This document shows, piece by piece, positions 26,716 through 40,108 of a stretch of 64,000 nt of DNA (its first letter is position 1; every line of letters starts with the position of its first letter). The stretch comes from Acidimicrobiia bacterium (GTDB taxonomy: Bacteria; Acidobacteriota; Vicinamibacteria; Vicinamibacterales; UBA2999). Made by a program: the position numbers and the translations under genes. The DNA is taken from NCBI GenBank assembly GCA_016871275.1, contig VFZG01000001.1, positions 162,998 through 226,997 on the forward strand. The letters are read 5' to 3'. Under the pieces are notes generated by a model, which ran no database searches, had not been told where the DNA came from, and was given only the letters and a program-made list of their open reading frames with translations.

Positions 26716-26979
26716 TCAAGGGTTGCGGCCTACAGTGTGTCGGTTCGAAAAACGGCGAAAGCCACAAAGAAAAGGGTCAGCACCATCAGCGGCAGGAACA
26801 GCAAGAGCGCCAGGACCCGAGTTCCTCGATGGCCGCTTCGCCTGTCTTGTCCGCGCGGCTTCCTGAATTTCCACCACGTCTGGGGATTCTAACTCCCTTC
26901 CCGCTGCACCCACCCCCGCCGCACTCATGGCCGCACACACAACCACCCACGCGGCCAACATCGTCAGCCTTCGAGTCAT
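26716..26979 (-). CDS. Small hypothetical protein with signal-peptide-like N-terminus
   Basis: Strong RBS GGAGGAG before ATG 26979; MTRRLTMLAAWVVVCAAMSAAGVGA; C-terminal half looks non-conserved. Confidence 0.4.
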   Translation of the reverse strand: MTRRLTMLAAWVVVCAAMSAAGVGAAGRELESPDVVEIQEAARTRQAKRPSRNSGPGALAVPAADGADPFLCGFRRFSNRHTVGRNP

Positions 26980-27107
26980 GACTCCTCCGACAGTTCTCGA
27001 AGGCGGCGCCCGACCGCGCGGCGTCACTGGGTGAGTGCGCACCCCGCCTCGCCGCCTTCACTGCGCCGGAGGCTGCCGGCAACTCGCTAGCCCACTCTTC
27101 TCTCCAA

Positions 27108-28523
27108 TCAGCTCGCGCTCTGAGACACCAGCTCCCGTGCCTGCTCGCTCAACGCGACCGGCGGCTTTACCGGTCGATAACGCAAGTACGAATTCAAGGT
27201 GTGATAACTGATGTCAAGCGCGCGACACGCCTGCCGCTTGTTGCCGGCGTTCTTCTCGAGAACGAGCCGTGCATAGCGGCTCGCCCAGGCGCGCATCGAA
27301 TCGCCGCGCTGAAACGATGGAACCAGGTGCTCGCCGTATCCCCCTCGCAGGCTCGCCGGGAGATCGTCGACGCGAATCTGCCGAGACTCCGCGGTCGCCA
27401 GCGCGCCCTCGATCATCCGCTCGAGCTCCCGGACATTACCAGGCCAGTCGTACGCGATCAGCGTGTCCACCGCCGCTGGCGTCATCGTCAAGCGTCCTCG
27501 GCCCTCGTGCCGAGACAGGAAGTACTGCGTGAGCTCGAGGATGTCGCCTTTGCGCATCCGCAACGGCGGCACGCGTATCTCCACCCCGCTCAACCGATAG
27601 AAGAGGTCGGTCCGGAAGAGACCGCGGTCGACGAGCCCGGCCAGCGGGCGATTCGTCGCCGCGACAATCCGGGTGTTGATCTGTCGCGCCCCGTTGCCGC
27701 CAACCCGCTCGACCGTGAGGTCCTGGATGACGCGCAGCAGCTTTGCTTGTGCGGCGGCCGACAAGTCGGAGATCTCATCAAGAAACAAGGTCCCGCCATC
27801 TGCATGCTCAAACTTGCCACGGCGGCCGCGAACGCCAGTGGCCGTGCGCTCCTCGATGCCAAACAACTCGGCCTCGATGAGCGTCTCGACCAGTGCGGCG
27901 CAGTTGATGGCCACGAACGGGCCGTTGCGCCGCATCCCCAGCGCATGGATCTGGCGCGCGACGAGCTCCTTGCCAACTCCGCTCTCGCCTTCGATCAACA
28001 CCGTGAAGTTGGTGCTCGCCACTCGCTCGACCCGCTCGCGGAGCATCCGCATCTGCTCGCTTGAACCAATCAGCGGCGCAGCGCCGTCACGATCGGCGGC
28101 AGTCAACGGCGCCGGCGTCGATGCCAGTCGCTCGGACTCGACCAGGATCGCCGCCAGACTGGCCGACGTTTCGATCAACTGGCAGGTCCAATCGTCCGGC
28201 CCCATGCGGGGATCGAACGAGGCCTCGAGCATGACTTGACGGCCCTCCTCCTTCACCGGCACACTGAAGGCTACGTAGTCCCGCGCTCGGATCGGCTGAA
28301 TCGATCGCGGCGACATGGTGCTGGTGATCTCCTTCAGGCCGACACTCCGCACCTGAGTCAACTGCGCCAGCCGATGCGTCAGGATCAACGCCAGTCGGCG
28401 CCGATCGCTGGCGTTCAGCAGGTCGCCCGCGACGTTGCGCAGCAGGACGTCCAACCCTGCCCGCCGATCGCTGCGGCGCGGTTGCCTTCTCACACCCACC
28501 TTGCCCGCCAAGCTGTCATCCAT
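27108..28523 (-). CDS. Sigma54 enhancer-binding-protein-like AAA+ regulator with atypical GAFTGA loop (RTATGV) and C-terminal HTH
   Basis: GESGVGKE, INCAAL, ELFGIEERTATGV, LFLDEI, FRTDLFYRL, WPGNVREL, NKRQACRALDISYHTL. Confidence 0.9.
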   Translation of the reverse strand: MDDSLAGKVGVRRQPRRSDRRAGLDVLLRNVAGDLLNASDRRRLALILTHRLAQLTQVRSVGLKEITSTMSPRSIQPIRARDYVAFSVPVKEEGRQVMLEASFDPRMGPDDWTCQLIETSASLAAILVESERLASTPAPLTAADRDGAAPLIGSSEQMRMLRERVERVASTNFTVLIEGESGVGKELVARQIHALGMRRNGPFVAINCAALVETLIEAELFGIEERTATGVRGRRGKFEHADGGTLFLDEISDLSAAAQAKLLRVIQDLTVERVGGNGARQINTRIVAATNRPLAGLVDRGLFRTDLFYRLSGVEIRVPPLRMRKGDILELTQYFLSRHEGRGRLTMTPAAVDTLIAYDWPGNVRELERMIEGALATAESRQIRVDDLPASLRGGYGEHLVPSFQRGDSMRAWASRYARLVLEKNAGNKRQACRALDISYHTLNSYLRYRPVKPPVALSEQARELVSQSAS

Positions 28524-28538
28524 AACGACGCCACCACC

Positions 28539-28554
28539 TACAAAGGGGATGCCA
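28539..28554 (-). promoter_or_regulatory. Putative sigma54 promoter of the enhancer-binding protein gene
   Basis: Minus strand TGGCAT-CCCCT-TTGTA (-12 GC to GT), 15 nt before the ATG at 28523. Confidence 0.5.
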
Positions 28555-28665
28555 ATCCGCGCATTGGACGAGAAGCAGCGTTTTGGCTGACATATCGCGC
28601 CGTCTGTTCCACACCTGAGTAGCAGGTGCCCGAGCAGAGAAACCGGCGGGAAGCTGCTACCCGCC

Positions 28666-28986
28666 TCAAGGCGCGTCGCCCGCGATGTCGATGGATCGGT
28701 CGAAGACGACTACTCCGCGATACAGCAGCGGTTCGAGCGACGAGACGTAGCAACGCTCCAGCCGCGCTTTCATGGCCATTCGCCCGCCGGCGTTCCATAA
28801 CTGGAGTTCGGTCTGCGCACCCGGACGAAGACGCGCGCTCGATTCGACCAGCGCGGCGCCTGACGAAATGTTGATGAGGATCACCGGCTGACCCGGCCGC
28901 AAGACCGCGCGGGTTGTCCACCGCGTCCCTCCGCCAGGCATGCGAGGCAGCGCCCTTCGTTCAACCGCGACGGCTACGGTTGCCAT
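28666..28986 (-). CDS. Stand-alone PilZ-domain protein
   Basis: ERRALPR (RxxxR) and LINISSGAALVES (D/NxSxxG-like), LRPG, YRGVVVF. Confidence 0.75.
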   Translation of the reverse strand: MATVAVAVERRALPRMPGGGTRWTTRAVLRPGQPVILINISSGAALVESSARLRPGAQTELQLWNAGGRMAMKARLERCYVSSLEPLLYRGVVVFDRSIDIAGDAP

Positions 28987-29558
28987 TGCCGCGCCTGCGC
29001 ATCAAACATGAGCATGCGCACGCGGCCCGTCGCTCCGAACACTCGAATTGCCATTTGTGGACCCCGCGAAGCCGAGACATACAGCGTGCCGCTGGTGGCG
29101 CTTCCGAGCGGACTGAACACCAGCAACGAGGTGTTGCCGATTCGCAGCGGATCGTCACCCGGCTCCAGGGAACCCACCCCGGAGACGTCGGTGACCGACT
29201 GGTTGATCCGCAGGGACACCTCCCGAGCCTGGCCGTCCAGCCATTCGGGAGGTGCGAGCGGCAGGTCGATGCCGCGATCGATGTCGCGCTGGAGCACCCC
29301 ATTGCCGTTACCGTCGGCGAACAGACGGAACCGCGTCCGTTCGCCGACCATCTCCATCCGTACCGCCACCGAGGTTGCACGCTTGAGGGCCTCCAATCGA
29401 GCCCGGTGGAGCTGCCCAGTGAGATACCTCGCTCCAATCACGGTGCGCTCGCGCTCGAGCGTGCCACCGACCACCGGCACCGCGATCGCGGCCATCAGGA
29501 AACAAAGCGACGCGGCGATGATGATGTCCATCATCGCCGCTCCACGATCCTCAGTCAC
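28974..29558 (-). CDS. FimT/GspH-like minor (pseudo)pilin
   Basis: Class III-like leader EDRG|AAMMDIIIAASLCFLMAAIAVP; ARLEALKR..V.V; FSPLG.ATSGTLY; GATGRVR. Confidence 0.75.
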   Translation of the reverse strand: MTEDRGAAMMDIIIAASLCFLMAAIAVPVVGGTLERERTVIGARYLTGQLHRARLEALKRATSVAVRMEMVGERTRFRLFADGNGNGVLQRDIDRGIDLPLAPPEWLDGQAREVSLRINQSVTDVSGVGSLEPGDDPLRIGNTSLLVFSPLGSATSGTLYVSASRGPQMAIRVFGATGRVRMLMFDAQARQWQP

Positions 29559-29886
29559 CGGGCGCCTTGTCGGTCTTCGCGGTCACGACGATCAGCGGCT
29601 TGATCTTCAGGAAGCTCTTCTCGCCGATGCCCCTGACGTTCATCAGCTCCTCGATGCGCTTGAAGCCGCCGCTCTTGGTGCGGAACTCGATGATCCGCTC
29701 GGCGGTCTTGCGGCCAATGCCGGGCAGCGTTTCGAGCTGGTCGAGCGTGGCGGCGTTGAGGTTGACTGCGGTCTTCGACGGCATGGCAGCCGCTGCAGCT
29801 GCCGCCTGGGACTGGGCCTCCGCAATCGGCGCGGTCAACAGCAGCGCGCCACACATCGTGAGAGCGCCAAGGAAATTCATTCGCAT
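29551..29886 (-). CDS. comEA: ComEA-family helix-hairpin-helix DNA receptor
   Basis: Signal peptide; VNLNAAT.DQLETLPGIGRKTAERIIEFR...GGFKRIEELMNVRGIGEK; RBS GGAGG. Confidence 0.92.
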   Translation of the reverse strand: MRMNFLGALTMCGALLLTAPIAEAQSQAAAAAAAMPSKTAVNLNAATLDQLETLPGIGRKTAERIIEFRTKSGGFKRIEELMNVRGIGEKSFLKIKPLIVVTAKTDKAPGD

Positions 29887-30012
29887 ACGTCCTCCAAGGA
29901 GTTGAGAGTTGACTGTTCACAGATGCACGACGACTGCGCGCGGACACCGTGTGAAGTACTCGCGGTCAGGGAGCAGCTCGCAGGAAGCCGCGCGCAGTTG
30001 GAACTGCCTTTG

Positions 30013-30028
30013 AGCAAGACCGGCGCCA
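30013..30028 (-). promoter_or_regulatory. Putative sigma54 promoter of the comEA operon
   Basis: Minus strand TGGCGC-CGGTC-TTGCT, a near-perfect -24/-12 consensus. Confidence 0.65.
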
Positions 30029-30115
30029 CTTGCGGTGATCACCGATAACCCCTTCGAATGTCGACAGTTGCCGAGAGGAACTGATGCGCGATGAACAGTG
30101 GAACGGCTCGAAACG

Positions 30116-30215
30116 GCAACTTCGGTTGCGCACCGTTCTTCGGAAACGCCGAATTGGGCCGGAATCGCTGCACCGAGGCTTGTAACTGCGGTTGCCGCCC
30201 CGCAACTGCGGTGGA
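30116..30215. promoter_or_regulatory. Candidate upstream activator sites GCAAC-N4-GTTGC
   Basis: GCAACTTCGGTTGC (30116-30129), GTAACTGCGGTTGC (30182-30195), GCAACTGCGGTGGA (30202-30215), about 90-190 bp upstream of the sigma54 site. Confidence 0.45.
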
Positions 30216-30266
30216 CAGGCTTCGGTCCGACGAGACCGGCTACAATGCTCGCTCGAAAGGACTTTT

Positions 30267-31082
30267 ATGCGACGAGTCCCCGCACTCCTCGGCGTGTGCG
30301 CGATTGCGCTCTCGGCGACACTGTCCGGTCCATCCGCCGCGGCCCTGGCGCAGGCCGCAGTTCCCGCGCCTGAGCCCGGCAAGTGCTCCATCACCTGGCC
30401 GGGGCATGAGCACGCCATCGAACAGTTGCTGGTCGAAGGCAAGGTTCTCAGGATGGAGGACGTGCCGATTGGCGTCACCAAGCCGCAGCGCGCCCGGCTC
30501 GAAGGCGGCGCCAGCTTCGCGTGGAAGCCGCTGCAGCCTGGCTACAACAAGGGCTTCTTCGAAAGCTACAAGTCGGAAATTGCCGCCTACAAGCTCGATC
30601 GCATGCTCGATATGCACATGGTGCCGCCGATCGCCGAGCGCGTGATCCAGAACAGGCACGGCGCCGCCGTCTACTGGGTCGAGAACGTCCGCGGCTGGAG
30701 CGTGGAAAAGCCGCCCCAGGGCCCCGAGCCGATGTGGAGCCGCCAGCTCACCCGCATGAAGATGTTCGACTTGCTGATCGCCAACATCGATCGCAACCAG
30801 GGCAACCTGATCTACGACGCCGACTGGCATTTGATCCTGATCGACCACTCGCGCGCCTTCATCAACAAGAAGGACCTCAAAGGCCTGGCCCCGCTCGGAC
30901 GCGTCGATCGAGACCTGTGGGAGAAGATGCAGGCGCTGACGATGGCCGACCTCGATCTCGGACTCGACAAGTGGGTCGGCAACAACGAAAAGAAGGCGCT
31001 GCTCGACCGCCGCGACCTGATGGCCAAGTCGATCGACGAGCTGGTCAAGAAGCGTGGCGCACGGTCTGTGTTCTATGACTGA
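30267..31082 (+). CDS. Exported atypical kinase (Fam20C/PI4K-II/HipA-like fold)
   Basis: ATG 30267 after RBS AAGGA; Sec signal MRRVPALLGVCAIALS..ALA|Q; IGVT loop, FAWKP, SEIAAYKLDRML, FDLLIANIDRNQGN, LIDHSRAF. Confidence 0.75.
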   Translation: MRRVPALLGVCAIALSATLSGPSAAALAQAAVPAPEPGKCSITWPGHEHAIEQLLVEGKVLRMEDVPIGVTKPQRARLEGGASFAWKPLQPGYNKGFFESYKSEIAAYKLDRMLDMHMVPPIAERVIQNRHGAAVYWVENVRGWSVEKPPQGPEPMWSRQLTRMKMFDLLIANIDRNQGNLIYDADWHLILIDHSRAFINKKDLKGLAPLGRVDRDLWEKMQALTMADLDLGLDKWVGNNEKKALLDRRDLMAKSIDELVKKRGARSVFYD

Positions 31083-31179
31083 TCGGCCTGGCCAGGTGGA
31101 CCTGCCGTTTCAGATCGACCTGGCCGCCGGATCCTGATCGCCGCCGTCATCTTGGCGACGAATGCGCTAGGATCTGAGC

Positions 31180-32370
31180 ATGCGGCTGTTCGCATCCGTC
31201 CTGGCGCTGTTCGCGCTGCTCGCGCCGGCGCCCTGGGTCACCGGGCACTCCCACCGCATTGTCGCCATCGGCGACATCCACGGCAGCTTTGACGGCTTCA
31301 CCTCGATCCTCAGAGCCGCCGGCCTCACCGATCAGTCGAACACGTGGATCGGCGGACCTGCGCAGCTCATTCAAACCGGCGACTACACCGACCGCGGCGA
31401 GGGCACCAAAGCGGTGCTCGACCTGCTGATGGCGCTCGAACCGCAGGCGAAGAGCGCCGGCGGCCGCGCGTTCGCGCTGCTCGGCAATCACGAAGTCATG
31501 AATCTGATCGGCGAGACCCGCGATGTGACGCGCGAGATCTTTGCCACCTTCGCCGACGCCAACTCCGAGACACGGCGGCTGGCGGCGTGGGAAGACTACG
31601 CAAGGCTGGCGGCCGCGAAGCGGGACAAGGGCGAGACGGTCCCGGCGGTCTACGCGCAGACCAGGGAGGCGTGGCTCACGACCCACCCGCCGGGCCTCGT
31701 CGAATACATGCAGGCGTTCTCGCCGCGCGGCAAATACGGCGCCTGGCTTCGCAGTAAGCCGATTGTCACCGACGTCGACGGCACCATCTTCATGCACGCC
31801 GGCATTAGTCCCACGGGCGCGCCGGAGCGGCTGGACGATCTCAACACCCAGGTGCGCGATGAAGTGCGCCGCATGGATCGCTTCGTCCAGCAGTTGGTTT
31901 CACTCAAGCTCGCCACCGCCACCTTCACGCTCAACGACATCCTGCAGGTGGCGTCGAACGAGATTGGCCAGGCCAACCTCATCATCTCGGCGGCCAAGGC
32001 CGAAGGCAAGGAACCGGATCGCGGGAAGCTCAACGTCCCGCTGCTGACGGAAGCCCAGGAGATTCTGAAGGTCGACACCTGGGTCTCGATCCATCCGGAA
32101 AAAGCGCTGTGGTATCGCGGGCTCGCCACCCTGCCCGACGATCCCAACGGCGGCCCGTTCGCGCCGCTGCTGCAGAAGTACAAGGCGAAGCGGTTCGTCA
32201 CCGGCCACACGCCGCAACTGAAGGGGATTGTCAGCCGCTTCGGCGGCCGGGCGGTGCTGATTGATACGGGAATGCTGGCCAGCGTTTACAAGGGCCGCCC
32301 CGCCGCGCTGGAGATCGTCGGCGACACGCTCACCGCCATCTACACAGACGGCCGGACGCCGCTACCGTAG
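31180..32370 (+). CDS. Exported metallophosphoesterase, Shewanella-like PPP phosphatase
   Basis: Signal peptide MRLFASVLALFALLAPA; GDIHG, GDYTDRG, LLGNHE, FMHAG, LWYRG, GHTP, IDTG. Confidence 0.88.
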   Translation: MRLFASVLALFALLAPAPWVTGHSHRIVAIGDIHGSFDGFTSILRAAGLTDQSNTWIGGPAQLIQTGDYTDRGEGTKAVLDLLMALEPQAKSAGGRAFALLGNHEVMNLIGETRDVTREIFATFADANSETRRLAAWEDYARLAAAKRDKGETVPAVYAQTREAWLTTHPPGLVEYMQAFSPRGKYGAWLRSKPIVTDVDGTIFMHAGISPTGAPERLDDLNTQVRDEVRRMDRFVQQLVSLKLATATFTLNDILQVASNEIGQANLIISAAKAEGKEPDRGKLNVPLLTEAQEILKVDTWVSIHPEKALWYRGLATLPDDPNGGPFAPLLQKYKAKRFVTGHTPQLKGIVSRFGGRAVLIDTGMLASVYKGRPAALEIVGDTLTAIYTDGRTPLP

Positions 32371-32379
32371 CCCGTAGCC

Positions 32380-33309
32380 CTAGATGTTCGCTCCCTTGTA
32401 CCACTCAATAGTGTGGCGCAGGCCTTCTTCGAGCCCGACCGTCGGCTTGTAACCCAGCAGGCGCCCGGCCTTGGCAATGTCGGCTTGTGAGTCGCGCACG
32501 TCGCCTGTGCGTGGATCCTTATAGATGGGTTCCACATCTGACCCGAAGATCTTGTTCAGCGTCGCCAGCAGCTGGTTCAGCGATACGCGGCCGTTGGTTG
32601 CCACGTTGACCACCTCGCCTCCAACGCCTGGCGTTTCAGCCGCAAGGATGACCCCCTCGACCACGTTCGAGACGTACGTGAAATCGCGCGTCTGCCCGCC
32701 GTCACCATAGATCACCGGACGCGTGCCGGTGCTCAGCGCCTTGATGAACAGCGAGATCACCCCCGAGTACGGCGAGCCGGGATCCTGGCGCGGCCCGAAT
32801 ACGTTGAAGTAGCGGGTGGTAACGGTCTCAAAGCCGTACAGGCGCGTAAACATCTGCCCGTACATTTCCCCCATCAGCTTCTGCAGCGCGTAGGGCGACA
32901 GCGGATTGGTGGGCATGGTCTCGGTCTTCGGCAGGACGGCGGTGTCGCCGTAGACAGACGATGAGCCGGCGAAGACCAGACGCGTGACGCCGGCGGTGCG
33001 CGAGGCGTGCAGCATCTGGAGCATGCCGTCCACGTTGGCGCGATGCGAGCCGAGCGGCTTCTCCACCGAGCGCGGCACCGACGGAATGGCCGCCTGGTGG
33101 ATCACATAGTCGATGCCGGCAACAATGCGTTGCGCAAACGCCGGGTCGGCGCAGTCGCCTTCGATGAACTCCACGCCGTCGCGAAGGTTGTGCCGATAGC
33201 CGGTTGCGAAATTGTCGGCCACGCGCACGCGGTGACCGCGTTGCACGAGCGCCTCTGAAATGTGCGAGCCGATGAAACCGGCCCCGCCGGTCACGAGATA
33301 GTTAGCCAA
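32380..33309 (-). CDS. NAD-dependent UDP-sugar 4-epimerase (WbpP/GalE-like SDR)
   Basis: VTGGAGFIGSH, HQAAIPSVPRS, SSSVYG, SPYALQK, RYFNVFGPRQ; TTG 33309. Confidence 0.92.
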   Translation of the reverse strand: MANYLVTGGAGFIGSHISEALVQRGHRVRVADNFATGYRHNLRDGVEFIEGDCADPAFAQRIVAGIDYVIHQAAIPSVPRSVEKPLGSHRANVDGMLQMLHASRTAGVTRLVFAGSSSVYGDTAVLPKTETMPTNPLSPYALQKLMGEMYGQMFTRLYGFETVTTRYFNVFGPRQDPGSPYSGVISLFIKALSTGTRPVIYGDGGQTRDFTYVSNVVEGVILAAETPGVGGEVVNVATNGRVSLNQLLATLNKIFGSDVEPIYKDPRTGDVRDSQADIAKAGRLLGYKPTVGLEEGLRHTIEWYKGANI

Positions 33310-33354
33310 TCCGTCCGTCCGCCCGGCGCCAGATGGCGCCGCAAGCAAAATAGC

Positions 33355-33879
33355 GCCGCAGTGAGCCTATAAGCCGAATTCTGTCCGCCTTGGCCCTTGC
33401 GGGCTACGGCGGGACGATCATTCCTCTAGTCCCGACATTGCTGGCGGGATCGAGCAACCTACCCGGAGGCGCGAACGGGCCGTTCGTCGGCGGTGTCCCA
33501 ACGCGGCAGCCGCGTTGAGAGGCCTGTGCCTCCCTATTTGGTCTTGCTCCGTGCGGGGTTTGGCCTGCCACGTCTGTTGCCAGGCGCGCGGTGGGCTCTT
33601 ACCCCACCATTTCACCCTTACCCGCCTCCGCACCGTTCCGGTGCTACGGCTCAGCAGGCCCTCGTTTCCGGGCTTGCCGCGCCGAAGCACCCGAAGGGTG
33701 CGAAGGCGGGCGGTATGTTTTCTGTGCCACTGTCCGTCGGGTCGCCCCGCCCGGGTGTTACCCGGCGCACTGCCCTATGGAGTTCGGACTTTCCTCTCTC
33801 GTCGCGCCAGAGCCCGCCGTCCCCCCGAAGGGGCGCGCGGGCGGAGGCGGACGACAGCAATCGCCCGGCTCACTGCGGC
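33355..33879 (-). ncRNA. rnpB: RNase P RNA, type A, unusually long (~525 nt)
   Basis: Minus strand: GAGGAAAGTCCGAACTCC, CAGTGGCACAGAAAA, GGGTGAAATGGTGGGGTAAGAGCCCACC, AAACCCCGCACGGAGCAAGACCAAATAG, ACAGAATTCGGCTTATAG; 13-bp P1 (33355-33367 with 33867-33879). Confidence 0.96.
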
Positions 33880-33915
33880 CTGAACAGGTTATCAGGCCTC
33901 CAGGCCTCCAGGCCA

Positions 33916-35312
<1,397 letters not shown>

Positions 35313-35316
<4 letters not shown>

Positions 35317-36815
35317 CGCTGCTCCGTGCGGACGGTGCGGATCGCGCGCTGATCGAGATCCGGTTCGTAGAGGTAGACGGCGAGCACGTCGCCGGGACGC
35401 GCCGCCCCGACAACGCGGCGGAAACCGGCGATGGAGTGGACCGGCTGCCGGTTGACTTCAAGGATGATCGATCCGCGATCGATCCCGCCATCGTCCGCCA
35501 CCGACAGCGGTTCGACGCGCTGCACCAGTAGGCCGGTCATGCCGCTGGGAATGTCGAAGCGATGCGCGTTGCTGTCGTCGATTTCGATCAGGCTCAGGCC
35601 CAACTCGCCGGACCCGGTGCGCTGCATCGACCGTTCGGCCGTCGCGGTGACGCGATCGACCGCCTGGCGCGGGCGCTCGGCCAGCTTCACCGACACCGAC
35701 GTCGCGCGGCCGTCACGCAGGTATTCCAGCCGCGCGGCGCTGCCCGGCGGGCGCTCGGCGATGTCGCGAATCAGCCGATCGTGGGTGCGAACGGGCCGGC
35801 CGTCCACCGACACGATTACGTCGTACGGCCGCAGTCCGACGCGCGCGCCGGGCGATCCCGGCGTGACGTCCTGCACCAGCGCGCCGTCGGCCCGAGACAG
35901 CTTCAACGACTGCCGGAGATCCGGATCGACATCGCGCAGCGTGACGCCAAGGTAGCCGCGCTCCACGCGACCGAGCGTGCGCAACTGCTTCAGCACCGCG
36001 CGCGCCTGGTTGATCGGGATGGCAAAGCCGATGCCGCTCACTTGCCGGCTCATCGCCGAGTTGATGCCGACGACCTGCCCGCGTGCATTGATCAGCGGTC
36101 CGCCGCTGTTGCCAAAGCTGATGGCGGCGTCGGTCTGGATGTAGTTGTCCAGGCTCGGATCGAACAACTTGCGACCGATGAAGCTGACCACGCCCACGGT
36201 GACGGTGTGCTCGTAGGCCAGCGGATTGCCAATGGCGCAGACCCACTCGCCGACGCGCAGCTTGGATGAATCGCCCAGCACGGCGTGGGCGAACGGGCCG
36301 CCAGAAATTTTGATTAGCGCGATATCGGTGTCCGGATCGGAGCCCACCACCTCGGCGCGCAACGTCCGGCCATCTGCCAGCTTCACGGTGAGGCGTTCGG
36401 CGCCCTCAATGACGTGGTGGTTCGTCAGGATGCTGCCGTCTGCGTCGATCAGGAATCCGGTGCCAGTGCCGCGCCGGGGCGCATCGACGCCGCGGCGGCC
36501 TGGATCGAACGGATCGTCGGTGCCACGGCGGGCACCGTCCTCAATCAGCCGCCTGGCCCGACGGGCGCGCGCGGTGGCGTCAATGTTGACGACCGCGGGA
36601 TTCATCCGTGCCGCGATGTCGGCGAAGTTCACCGAACCGGGAGGCAACGGACGCGGATCGACCACCTCGCGGATGGCGGTGGCGTCGCTGTCGGAGGCCG
36701 CCGCCAGCGGCGCCGGCGACGCCGGTGCCCCGCGCTGCACGTTCAGCAGCAGGCCCATCAGCACGCCGATGACCAGCGAGAGCGTGGCCGTCGTGATGAC
36801 GAAAAGGCGCGTCAT
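35313..36815 (-). CDS. DegP/HtrA-family serine protease with two PDZ domains
   Basis: GTGF, TNHHV, DTDIAL, QTDAAISFGNSGGPL; N-terminal TM; two PDZ. Confidence 0.93.
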
Positions 36816-36842
36816 GACTCGAACAGTATAGGCGGTCGGGGG

Positions 36843-38975
<2,133 letters not shown>

Positions 38976-38989
38976 TCAGTATCCCATAG

Positions 38990-39032
38990 GGGCTACGGGC
39001 TACGGGCCTGCTACGGGCTGCGGGCTGCGGCT
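38990..39032. repeat. Degenerate tandem heptamer GGGCT(A/G)C
   Basis: gggctac-gggctac-gggcctgctac-gggctgc-gggctgc between the prenyltransferase and ligA. Confidence 0.65.
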
Positions 39033-40052
<1,020 letters not shown>

Positions 40053-40108
40053 ACCGTCCGCATGGTGTCAACGAACGCCAAGCGGTTCAGCGCTTTGAGA
40101 CACGCGGT

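Noticed and set aside
26671-26780. Glycine riboswitch upstream of gcvT
   Set aside because: No recognisable glycine aptamer motifs in the short leader.
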